DNA of 64,000 bases from an uncultured Gemmatimonadales bacterium (GTDB taxonomy: Bacteria > Gemmatimonadota > Gemmatimonadetes > Longimicrobiales > RSA9), in assembly GCA_963798085.1 (NCBI GenBank), contig CAWCRS010000003.1, positions 384,001 to 448,000 on the forward strand. The letters run 5' to 3'. The notes under the pieces were generated by a model that saw only the letters and a list, made by a program, of their open reading frames with translations, was not told the origin of the DNA and ran no database searches. The position numbers were made by a program, and so were the translations under genes. Below, one piece after another: positions 9,524 through 18,908 of the stretch; the first letter of the stretch is position 1, and each line of letters opens with the position of its first letter.

Positions 9524-10675
9524 ATGATACAGTCACCGCTCGCGCTCGCGGCACTCGTCACCGGCCTCACGGGGCTGGCGTTCTGGCTCGACCGGAACGT
9601 CCCCGTGCTGTCGCGTGCGGGCGCCGGCATGATCGCGGTTCTGCTGGGTGCGCTGCTCTCCAACGTGGGCCTCGTGCCCGCCGATTCCGTGGTGTACGAC
9701 GCCGTGAGCGGACCGGTCACGTCGCTGGCCATCACGTGGCTGCTGCTGGCCGTCAATCTCGCGGACCTGCGCAAGGCGGGCGGTCGTGTGCTGGGCGCAT
9801 TCGCCCTGGCCTGCTTCGCCACCTGCGTGGGCGCCCTGCTGGGCAGCCTCGTGCTGGCGCGCACCTTCGGCGCGGAGACGTGGAGGCTGAGTGCGACGCT
9901 GACAGCCACGTACACAGGCGGTGGCATCAATTTCGTGGCAGTGGGTCGAGGCGTCGGACTGCCTGATCAGCTGTTTGCCGGCGCCACTGCAGCAGACAAC
10001 GTCACGACTGCGCTCTGGCTGGCCGCCACGCTCATGATTCCGTTGTGGTTCAGTCGTTTCTTCCCCGCCCCGCCAGCGAATCTGATCAGCGGTTCACGGG
10101 AAGATGCGCCGGGCACGGAGGAGCATCCGTTCTTCGCGGCTGCGCCCATGTCCACGCTGGATATCGCGCTGCTCGTGGCGACCGCGTTTCTGCTGCTGGT
10201 GCTGGCGCAATGGACCGCAGCGCGTGTACCCGCCATTCCCATGGTGCTGTGGCTGACCACGTTCGCGCTGCTGGCCGGTCACCTGACGCCGCTCGGTCGC
10301 GTGCCGGGCGCTCTGCAGCTGGGCAATCTCGCGCTCGTCTACTTCTTTATTACCATCGGCATCCATTCCCGCATTGCCGATATTGTCGCCGTGGGCGTGG
10401 GCGTGTTCTGGTTTACGCTCATGGTTGTGGCGATACACGGTGTTATCACGTTCGGCATCGGCCGGCTGCTGCGCCTGGATGTGGCGTCGCTGGCCATTGC
10501 CTCGCAGGCCGCCGTGGGCGGCCCGTCCAGCGCGCTGGCCGTGGCCGTGTCGCGCGAATGGCCCGGCCTGGTGCTGCCCGCCGTCATAACTGGCCTGTTA
10601 GGGTATGCCTCGGGCAACTACCTCGGCTTCGCCATGGGCTGGCTCACCCGCCATCTCGGGATCGGCATTGCCTGA
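9524..10675 (+). CDS. DUF819 family integral membrane protein
   Basis: About 12 TM helices; ATYTGGGINF, ADNV, ASQAAVGGP and GLLGYASGNY motifs. Confidence 0.8.
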   Translation: MIQSPLALAALVTGLTGLAFWLDRNVPVLSRAGAGMIAVLLGALLSNVGLVPADSVVYDAVSGPVTSLAITWLLLAVNLADLRKAGGRVLGAFALACFATCVGALLGSLVLARTFGAETWRLSATLTATYTGGGINFVAVGRGVGLPDQLFAGATAADNVTTALWLAATLMIPLWFSRFFPAPPANLISGSREDAPGTEEHPFFAAAPMSTLDIALLVATAFLLLVLAQWTAARVPAIPMVLWLTTFALLAGHLTPLGRVPGALQLGNLALVYFFITIGIHSRIADIVAVGVGVFWFTLMVVAIHGVITFGIGRLLRLDVASLAIASQAAVGGPSSALAVAVSREWPGLVLPAVITGLLGYASGNYLGFAMGWLTRHLGIGIA

Positions 10676-12285
10676 AGCGGAACAGCCCCCCGGCCCGGAC
10701 AACGGCGCAGACCACCGCCCTCGCTGGCGGCGCGTCCTTGTGCCGCTGCTCGACCTGGTCCTGCTGGGTCTGGCCGTCTGGATCTTCGACCGCATCCTCA
10801 CGCAGTACAACTACAGGGATGTCCTCACCGCACTGAGTCAGAATGCCCTGGGTGTACGCGCTGGCATCGCTCGCCCTAACCATCGCCGGCTATCTCGCCC
10901 TGGTTTCCTACGACTGGCTGGCACTGCGTTTCATCAGAAGGGCGCTGCCCATTCACCGCGTGCTCATCCCTTCCTTCATCAGCTACGCCGTGAGCAACAA
11001 TGCGCCCGCTTCCGTCGTCACCGGCGGAGGCGTGCGCTATCGTCTGTATTCAAGCCTGGGTCTGTCGGCCACCGAGATGGTGGCGGTGGCCGCGTTCGAC
11101 GTGGCCACCTACGTGGCGGGCCTGCTCACTGTGGCGGGCGTGGCCTTCGTGCTGGCGCCCGTGTCGCTGCCCGGGCACGCGCACCTGCACCTGGCCACGG
11201 TGCGCCCGCTGGGCGTGGTCTTCCTGCTGCTCATTCTAACAGCCGTGTTAACGGGCCGGCCGGGCGGGCGCGAGCTGCAGATCCGCCGCTGGACCATCCG
11301 CATACCCGGCCGCAGCATGCTGCTGCAGCAGGTCGTGATTTCGTCGTTCGACTGGATCCTGTCGTCGGCCGCGCTCTATGTGCTGCTGCGGGCCGCGGGA
11401 CCCGTACCCTATCTGCCCTTCCTGTCTGCGTTTCTGCTGGCGCAGATGATCACGCTGATCGCGCCGCTGCCCGGCGGTGTGGGCGTGTTCGAGGCGATCA
11501 TCCTGCTGCTGCACCCGGGGCACGCACCGGCGCCCGCAGTGCTGGGCGCGCTGCTCGTCTATCGCGTCGTCTACTATCTGCTGCCGCTGCTCGCCGCCGC
11601 GCTGCTGCTGGCCTTCGAGGAGCGCCGCATCCGCCAGGCCGGCGGCATCTCGCTCGTCGAACCGCTCGTGCGCGGCATCGTGGCGCTCGCGCCGCAGGCC
11701 CTGGCGGTCGTCACCTTCCTGGGCGGCATCACACTGCTCGCAACCGGCACGCTGCCCGCACGACCGGGACGCATGCAGTGGCTCGGCCGGCTCTTCCCGC
11801 TCGCCATCATCGAAGCATCACATTTCCTGGGCAGCATTGTCGGCACGGCGCTCATCATGGTGGCGTGGGGCCTTGCCCGGCGCGTGCGCTTCGCCTTCGA
11901 TCTGACCGTGCTGCTCATTCTCATGGGTGTGCCACTGGCGCTGCTGCGCGGCCTCGATTTCGTTGCCGCCGGTGTGCTCGTCGTGCTGCTGCTCGCACTG
12001 TGGCCCGCCCGCGGTGAATTCAATCGCCTGACGTCCCTGCGCGAGGAGCCGCTCGCGCTCGAGTGGGCACTCGCCTTCGCCGCCGCGCTCTTCGCCGGCG
12101 CCTGGCTGAGCCGTTTCGCGTACAGCAATGACGGCTACTCGGGCGATCTCTGGTGGCGCTTCGCCCTGCAGGGCAATGCATCGCGGGCACTGCGCGCGGC
12201 TGTGGGGGTCGCCATGACCGTGCTGGTCTTCGCCCTGGCCCGCCTGCTTCGCCCCGTGCGCCGCCACAAACGCGGCCCGGAGTGA
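10668..12285 (+). CDS. MprF-like aminoacyl-phosphatidylglycerol flippase domain only; +1 frameshift near 10841
   Basis: YDWLAL, GGGVRYRLYS, PGGVGVFEA, YRVVYYLLP and EASHFLGS motifs. The N-terminal TM (from TTG 10668) lies in another frame and is rejoined by removing one A (about 538 aa). Confidence 0.8.
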
Positions 12286-12399
12286 CGGACCCGGTTCCGG
12301 GCGCCGCTCCATCACGCGGCGTGGCTCGATCCATTTCGCGCAGCGGCCGCAGGCGGTGCGCCGCCGGTCGCCTGCGATCCGGGCGCTCCTAACCAGCCA

Positions 12400-12843
12400 T
12401 TACAGCGGCGGCACGGCCACGCGCTCGTGGTACGCCCGGCACAGCTGCACCAGGTGCGCAAGGATGCGGCCCAGCTCTTCCGGTGCCGGCGTCGCGCCGG
12501 CGCGGCGGTCGCGGTGGGCGACGACGCGGTCCGCGAAGTGCTCGGCCGGCTTCGCCACGCGGCGCAGCTCCGCAATGTCACGGCGCACCGTCCCGGCGTC
12601 GACGCCGGCAGCACGCGGGTTCGCGGCCACATCCTCCAGCAGCCCGGCCAGCGAGATGTTGCGCGAGCCGGGCTTCAGCTGCCGGCGAATGCCGATGGCG
12701 AGCGCGTGCGCGTACACTTCGCGCATGGTGCTCAGGAACTCGGGGTCGACCGCCGTGCCGCGGGCGGTGAGCGCCTGTTGCGCGGCCTCGAACACGCGCC
12801 GCCAGGACGACAGCCGCGCCAGGTCCTCGTCCAGCACACGCAC
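12400..12843 (-). CDS. Hypothetical helical protein, AbiU2/HEPN-like
   Basis: IGIRRQL, NISLAGLL and ADRVVAH resemble AbiU2-type HEPN proteins; start uncertain. Confidence 0.5.
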   Translation of the reverse strand: MRVLDEDLARLSSWRRVFEAAQQALTARGTAVDPEFLSTMREVYAHALAIGIRRQLKPGSRNISLAGLLEDVAANPRAAGVDAGTVRRDIAELRRVAKPAEHFADRVVAHRDRRAGATPAPEELGRILAHLVQLCRAYHERVAVPPL

Positions 12844-13163
12844 CCAGCGACGCCACTTGTCGGACTTGCCGGACAGCTTCGCCTCCCATCATTGCGGGTT
12901 CATCCGTCCCCGCCTGCGTTCCGCCCACTGCTGATTGCGCCTGCCACCGCCGCACCCCACTATCCTCGCCGCACTACGCAGACGCCAGCCCCCCGGAAAT
13001 CAGTCGTTCCCCATCAGGAGCCATCAATGCCAGCAACGCAGCAGCGCAGCTGCACCCCTCGCCAGGCTCGCGCCGGCGCGCGCCCGGCGCCACATGCGTG
13101 CGCACGTCGAACACTGTGTTCCATGAAGGACTCCCTGACCACCCTTCGACGCACCGATTACTG

Positions 13164-14483
13164 ATGGAAAACGAAAACCGGGTTACCGACGCGCGGCCCT
13201 GGCCGCTCTGGCAGCGCATCCTGTTCCGCTTCTTCTTCATTTACCTCCTGCTGCAGATCGAGCCGTGGGGCTGGTTCAACCGCATTCCCGGGGTGATCAA
13301 CGTCACGCGCTACTGGTACCGGCTGGACGACTGGGCGGTGCGCGCGGGCAACCGCTCTTTCTTCCATGTGCGCGAAACGCTCGTGCCCGTGAATGGCAGC
13401 GGCGACACCTCATGGGCATACGCACAGCTCTGCCTGTTTCTCTCGCTGGCGGCCATCGGCTGCATCCTCTGGAGCGTGCTGGACCGGCGCCGCATGCGCT
13501 ATGACCGCCTGGGCTACTGGCTGCGCACCATCGTGCGCTATTACATCGCGACGTTCGCGCTCAGCTACGGCATCATCAAGCTGTTTTCAATGCAGATGTC
13601 CTTCCCCACGCTGAGCCAGCTGTCCACGCCGCTGGGCGACCTGCTGCCCATGCGCTTCTCCTGGCTCTTCATCGGCTATTCCACGAAATACCAGTTCTTC
13701 TCCGGCATGGCGGAGACCGTCGCCGGCCTGCTGCTGCTCTTCCGCCGGACCGTCACGCTGGGCCTGTTCGCCGGCGCAGGCGCGTTCCTCAATGTCGTGA
13801 TGATAAACATGAGTTATGACGTGCCGGTGAAACTGTTCGCCAGCCATCTCCTGTTCGCGTGCGTATTCCTGCTGCTCTGGGACGCACCCCGCCTGTTCAA
13901 CTTCCTGGTGCTGAACCGGCCGTCGCCCGCCACATCGCTCTACACACCCCGCTTCACGCGACCCTGGCAGCAGTACGCGGCCTGGGCCGTCAAGGCGGTG
14001 CTGGTGTGGTTCATCCTGATCACGCCGTTCCGCAATGCGCGGCGCAACTACACGATGATCACGCACCAGCCGCCGGCACTGCCCTTCCGGACGGGCGTGT
14101 ACGACGTTCACCGCTTCGCCATCAACGGCGACACGCTCCCGCCTCTCATGACGGACGCGCGCCGCTGGCACGACGTGATCTTCGACAATGCCGGCGCCGG
14201 CAGCATCGGTACCGATGACACGCTGTTCTGGCACCGCTACGGCCGTGGCTACTTCCGCTACCGCGCGGACCAGAAGCAACAGACTGTTGCGGTCTGGAAG
14301 ACATCAACCAGGCTGGACAGCACGTGGCTGTTCACCATGCGCTACGAAACGCCCGACACCAGCACCATCCGTCTGTGGGTGCCGCTGCACGACGACTCCG
14401 TGTTCGTCGAGCTGGTGCGCACCGACCGGCATTTCCAGCTGGCTGAGCGCCAGTTCCACTGGCTTTCGGAGTACAACCGGTAG
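13164..14483 (+). CDS. DoxX-like membrane protein
   Basis: FRFFFIY, NGSGDT, YGIIKLF-x-QM, WLFIGYS and NMSYDVPVKLF motifs. Confidence 0.7.
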   Translation: MENENRVTDARPWPLWQRILFRFFFIYLLLQIEPWGWFNRIPGVINVTRYWYRLDDWAVRAGNRSFFHVRETLVPVNGSGDTSWAYAQLCLFLSLAAIGCILWSVLDRRRMRYDRLGYWLRTIVRYYIATFALSYGIIKLFSMQMSFPTLSQLSTPLGDLLPMRFSWLFIGYSTKYQFFSGMAETVAGLLLLFRRTVTLGLFAGAGAFLNVVMINMSYDVPVKLFASHLLFACVFLLLWDAPRLFNFLVLNRPSPATSLYTPRFTRPWQQYAAWAVKAVLVWFILITPFRNARRNYTMITHQPPALPFRTGVYDVHRFAINGDTLPPLMTDARRWHDVIFDNAGAGSIGTDDTLFWHRYGRGYFRYRADQKQQTVAVWKTSTRLDSTWLFTMRYETPDTSTIRLWVPLHDDSVFVELVRTDRHFQLAERQFHWLSEYNR

Positions 14484-14616
14484 CGGGCGCGGTCACACGG
14501 TCCGGTGTTCTGACCGCCGCGTGCGGGCCGCTCGTCATGGCTCGAGAAGGATCGCGCCGCGACGGGCGTATCATGGCGTCCTCGATCGCCACAGTCCGAT
14601 CCCCCGGAGGAACGCC

Positions 14617-15060
14617 ATGACGGTCTGGAAATCTGCGCCCATCGGTGTGCTCCTGTTGCTGCTCGCGGCCTGCAACGACCGGGCGAGGGAGCCGGAGCCG
14701 CCCGCAGGTTCGTTCTCGACCGATTCCGCGTCGATCGCGGTGGACAGTCAGGACAGCGTCAAGGTCGCGGTTGCGTTGGTCACACCCGCTTTCTTCGAAG
14801 CCCTGAACACTCATCCGCTGCTTGGCCGGCTCTTCGTTGCCGGCGATTACCAGCAGAACAGCACGCGCCCGGTACTGCTCGCCTGGAGCCTGTGGCAGGC
14901 GCACTTTCATGCGCGGCCCACGATCATCGGCACAACTGTCACTGTGCGTGGCAGACCGGCGATGGTCGTCGGCATCATGCCGAAGGGCTTCGAACAGCCG
15001 GATCACACATCGCTCTGGCTGCCCGCGCGCGACTCCACGACCGTGCGCGGTTCGAGCTGA
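14617..15060 (+). CDS. Small lipoprotein made of an isolated MacB-like periplasmic subdomain
   Basis: GGAGG RBS and LAAC lipobox; VTPAFF...LLGRLF...VVGIMPKGF...LWLP aligns by eye with the permease at 22335. Confidence 0.7.
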   Translation: MTVWKSAPIGVLLLLLAACNDRAREPEPPAGSFSTDSASIAVDSQDSVKVAVALVTPAFFEALNTHPLLGRLFVAGDYQQNSTRPVLLAWSLWQAHFHARPTIIGTTVTVRGRPAMVVGIMPKGFEQPDHTSLWLPARDSTTVRGSS

Positions 15061-15205
15061 CGGCGCCTGCGCGTCATGGCGCCTCCAGGGCGGAGCGCCA
15101 ACACGCCGTTGCGCGCCGGCCCGCGACCACGCAATCTGCAACCGGCGGGCGCATGTGCCCGTGTTGCTCCCGGCTGGTCCAGCCCTCTCGTGACGCCGCG
15201 CAGCC

Positions 15206-16057
15206 ATGTGCCGCTTCGTGTTCTACCGGGGAAAGCCGCTGCGGGTCAGCGCACTGCTGACCGAGCCCGCGCATTCCCTGATCCATCAGAGCTTCCATTC
15301 CGACGAGCGCGACGAGCCGCTCAACGGTGACGGCTTCGGCCTCGCCTGGTATGTCGATGGCGAGACGGAACCCGCGCTGTTCCGCTCGGTTTCGCCCGCA
15401 TGGAGCAACACGAATCTGCGCGAGCTGGCGCGCGTCACCAGCAGCGCGTGCATTCTGGCGCACGTGCGCGCCGCCAGCCGTCAGCTCGACGTCAGCGAAG
15501 CCAGCTGCCATCCGTTCAAGAGCGGCGCATGGACGTTCATGCACAACGGGGAGCTGGGCGGCTTCCCGCGGATTCGCCGCGCTCTGCTGGAGAGTCTGGG
15601 CGACGATGCTTTTCACGTCATTCGCGGAACCACGGATTCGGAGCACCTCTTCGCCGTCTTCATGGACGAGCTGCTGCGCCGGCCCGCACCCACCGCAGCC
15701 GACGCGGCGCTCGTGCTGGAAGCCGCGATCCGCCGCGTGTTCGCACTCATCGATCGCTACGCGCCAGGCGAGCCCAGCTACCTGAACCTGGTGATCAGCA
15801 ATGGCGACTGCGCCGTCGCCTGCCGTGTGACTACCGACTCGCCCGAGCAGGCCGATTCGCTCTACTTCAGCAAGGGCCGGCGCTACGTGTGTGAGGGCAA
15901 TGTCTGCCGCATGCTGACCGCGGATCAGCAGGGCAGCGCAGTCCTGATCAGCTCCGAGTGCCTGAGCGATGATGCCGCGTGGCACAGCATCGAAGTGGGT
16001 GACATGGTGCTCGTCGAATCCGACCTGAGCGTGGATCTGCGGGCGATCCGCGTGTGA
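15206..16057 (+). CDS. Class II glutamine amidotransferase (EgtC-like Ntn hydrolase)
   Basis: N-terminal MCR nucleophile; NGDGFGLAWY, AHVRAA, CHPF, MHNG and GTTDSE motifs. Confidence 0.9.
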   Translation: MCRFVFYRGKPLRVSALLTEPAHSLIHQSFHSDERDEPLNGDGFGLAWYVDGETEPALFRSVSPAWSNTNLRELARVTSSACILAHVRAASRQLDVSEASCHPFKSGAWTFMHNGELGGFPRIRRALLESLGDDAFHVIRGTTDSEHLFAVFMDELLRRPAPTAADAALVLEAAIRRVFALIDRYAPGEPSYLNLVISNGDCAVACRVTTDSPEQADSLYFSKGRRYVCEGNVCRMLTADQQGSAVLISSECLSDDAAWHSIEVGDMVLVESDLSVDLRAIRV

Positions 16058-16146
16058 CCCACGGGCGGCGCGTGGCACCCCGCGGCCGGGCTGCGTACCT
16101 TGTGCATCCAGCCCCCGGCCTGGCTGACCTCGGCATTGGGAGAGTG

Positions 16147-17685
16147 ATGACTTCCGGGTTATCGGGAACGCACAGCCCCGCGGCGCGCATCGCGGCGACG
16201 GTCTTCGTTATTCTGTTCGCGCGCATATCGCCTGTGGCCGCACAGCGTGGCCAGGCTCGCGACTCGACTGTCGCACGCCTCGCGTACGCCAGCCTGAGCG
16301 AAATGCTGGCCGCACTGCCCGACATTGCGGCGCCAACCCTCGACGAAGCGAATGCGCTGTGGCTGGGCGCCTTGCCGCTCGCATGCCTGGACCGGTTGCA
16401 GCCGCGCGTCCCCAACCGCGGCGGCGGCGCTGGCCGCGCCAATGCCGACTCGGCGGCGGAGAATGCCGTGCGCGACACGGCCGCGCGTCGCACCGCAGCC
16501 CGCGGCGCGCAGGCCGGCGAGCGACGGGCCCGTGGCGCTGGCGCCCGCGGCGCCAACCCCGCCGACCCCGACACACTGCTCGCACGCGGGCGCAGCAACA
16601 ACGGCGCGGAGTACTTCTGGCTGCCCACCTATCATCTCGTGCCCGACTACAATCGCAATCGCGCCTTCTGGGGTTGCAGCGACTGGCATTCCGCGGTCAG
16701 CTCGACGTGGGTGGCGGTGAAGCTGCTGGAAGACTTTCCGCACCTCGGGCTCCAGGAGCTGGCACGGGAGAAGCTCAACGATCATCTCGGCAAGACGAAT
16801 CTGGCAGGCGAGATCGCGTTCTTCCGCGATGCCGCGGGCGCATTCGAACGGCCCTACGGCTACGCCTGGCTGCTGCGCCTGGCGGCCGAACTGCGCGCCT
16901 GGCCCGACTCGCAGGCCCAGCGCTGGTCGCAGAACATGACGCCCCTCGCCAGCTGGATGGCCGACAGCCTCGTCGCCGCGCTGCACGCACTGCCCCGGCC
17001 CGTGCGCACCGGCGGCCCGACAAACACTGCGTTAGGAATCACGCTGGCCCTCGCCTGGGCCTCGCCCGCTTCCGCCCTCCACGACAGCCTCGCCGTGCTG
17101 GCGCACCGCTTCTTCGATGCCGACACCGACTGCAGCACACAGTCGGAAGCGGCGGCCGCGCGCGGGCGAGGCGCACGCGGCGACAGCACGGCGGCCGGAC
17201 GAGGCCGCGGGCGGGCCGGCGGGCGAGCCGGTGGCGTCAACGACCTGTCGCGCGGCAACGGGCGAGGCACACGCGGCGGCGGCGCAGGCGGCGGCTTCAC
17301 GCCGGGCGGTGGCGCCGACATCGTGTCGCCCTGTCTCACGGAAGCCGCGCTCATGGCGGATGTCATGGAGCCGGCGCCGTTCGCTGCCTGGCTCGATGCC
17401 TTCCTGCCTCCACTGCAGTCGACGCGCTTCACGCCGCTCGTCGAGCTTCCGCCCGACAGCAGCAGCAGCGCCGATGCCGCGCGCTTTGCCGCACTCTCCT
17501 TCCAGCGCGCGCAGACCATGGCGAGAATCGCGCGCGCGCTGCCGGCGAGCGATGCGCGCGTGCCCGTGTTGCGCCGGCTGTCCGCAGTGCACGCAGACCG
17601 CGCGTTCACGCTGATGCGCGCAGACACGTCGGGCACGAACTGGGTGCCCGCGTTCGCGCTCCTGTATTTCACTTCGAGCAACTGA
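16147..17685 (+). CDS. Secreted DUF2891 family protein, divergent copy with Gly/Arg-rich inserts
   Basis: AFWGCSDWHSAV, FERPYGYAWLL and SPCLTEA motifs; start approximate. Confidence 0.75.
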   Translation: MTSGLSGTHSPAARIAATVFVILFARISPVAAQRGQARDSTVARLAYASLSEMLAALPDIAAPTLDEANALWLGALPLACLDRLQPRVPNRGGGAGRANADSAAENAVRDTAARRTAARGAQAGERRARGAGARGANPADPDTLLARGRSNNGAEYFWLPTYHLVPDYNRNRAFWGCSDWHSAVSSTWVAVKLLEDFPHLGLQELAREKLNDHLGKTNLAGEIAFFRDAAGAFERPYGYAWLLRLAAELRAWPDSQAQRWSQNMTPLASWMADSLVAALHALPRPVRTGGPTNTALGITLALAWASPASALHDSLAVLAHRFFDADTDCSTQSEAAAARGRGARGDSTAAGRGRGRAGGRAGGVNDLSRGNGRGTRGGGAGGGFTPGGGADIVSPCLTEAALMADVMEPAPFAAWLDAFLPPLQSTRFTPLVELPPDSSSSADAARFAALSFQRAQTMARIARALPASDARVPVLRRLSAVHADRAFTLMRADTSGTNWVPAFALLYFTSSN

Positions 17686-17689
17686 GGTC

Positions 17690-18898
17690 GTGATGCCCGG
17701 CGTGAAACCATCCTGGCGCAGCGCGCTGACCGCGCTGTTCATCGTTTGCGGCACGGCCGCGGCGCAGGCGCCACGCTCGCGCGCGGATTCGGCAAAAGCG
17801 GCGAGGCCGGAGTATCCGGATCTGCAGTCGTTCTTCGCATCGCTGCCGTCGGTGCCACCGCATCCGCTCGACCTGCCGACCGCGCTATCCCTGGCCGCCA
17901 TGCCGCTTTCCTGCATGGACCATCCGCACGCGAAACCCAACACCGTGCCCTACCTCTGGGACGTGACCTGGACACCGCTGCCTGACTTCGACACGAAGCG
18001 CGCGTTCTACGGCTGCAGCGACTGGCACTCCGCGGTCAATTCGGCATGGACGCTGGTCAAGCTGATGAAGCTGCAACCCGCGCTGCCCACCGCAGCAGTG
18101 ATCCGCGAGAAACTGAACGAGCATTTCGGTACGTCCAGCATGGCGGGTGAGCTGGAGTATTTCCGCAGCGCGGGCACCTTCGAGCTGCCCTATGGCTACG
18201 CCTGGCTCCTGCGGCTGCAGGGTGAGCTGCGCTCGTGGAAGGACTCCGATGCGCAACGCTGGGCCGCGGCCATACAACCGCTCGCAACCTTCATGGCGGG
18301 CCGCATGACCGCGTACCTCGCCAGGCTCGACCAGCCGGTGCGTACCGGTGTGCACCCTAACACGGCGATGGCCATCGACAACATGCTCGAGTATGCCACG
18401 GCCTTTGACCCGACACTGCTGGCTGCCATACGCGAGGCCGTGCCCCGACTGTTCGGCAACGACGTCCATTGCAACACCGCGGAGGAGCCCGGCAGCAGCG
18501 ACTTCATGTCGCCCTGCCTGATGGAAGCCTCCATCATGAGCCGGTTCCTTCCCCGCGCCGCGTTCCTCGCCTGGCTCGACAATTTCCTGCCGGCGCTCCA
18601 ATCGCTCGAGTTCCGGCCGCTGACAGAACCGTTAGGCCCCGAGTACATCGACAATCCCTCCGCCATCGCGGCACGCTCGCACATCATTGCGCTCGCGTTC
18701 GCGCGCGCCAAGTCGATGGGCGAGCTGGCCAACGCGCTGCCGCCCGGCGACCCGCGCATCGAGGTGCTGCGCCGCATTGCCGCGATCCAGGCGGCCAAGG
18801 GCTTTCAGGTGATCGGCGCCGTCGGCTATGACGGCTCCCACTACTACGCCACCTACGCCACCATGTACCTGCTCACTACGCTTTCCGGCGATCATTGA
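17690..18898 (+). CDS. Secreted DUF2891 family protein
   Basis: Signal peptide; AFYGCSDWHSAV, GVHPNTA, SPCLMEA and YDGSHY motifs. Confidence 0.8.
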   Translation: MMPGVKPSWRSALTALFIVCGTAAAQAPRSRADSAKAARPEYPDLQSFFASLPSVPPHPLDLPTALSLAAMPLSCMDHPHAKPNTVPYLWDVTWTPLPDFDTKRAFYGCSDWHSAVNSAWTLVKLMKLQPALPTAAVIREKLNEHFGTSSMAGELEYFRSAGTFELPYGYAWLLRLQGELRSWKDSDAQRWAAAIQPLATFMAGRMTAYLARLDQPVRTGVHPNTAMAIDNMLEYATAFDPTLLAAIREAVPRLFGNDVHCNTAEEPGSSDFMSPCLMEASIMSRFLPRAAFLAWLDNFLPALQSLEFRPLTEPLGPEYIDNPSAIAARSHIIALAFARAKSMGELANALPPGDPRIEVLRRIAAIQAAKGFQVIGAVGYDGSHYYATYATMYLLTTLSGDH

Positions 18899-18908
18899 AG
18901 GCGGAGCA

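Noticed and set aside
15206..16057. Ergothioneine biosynthesis cluster
   Set aside because: Only an EgtC-like hydrolase is present, with no egtB or egtD nearby.
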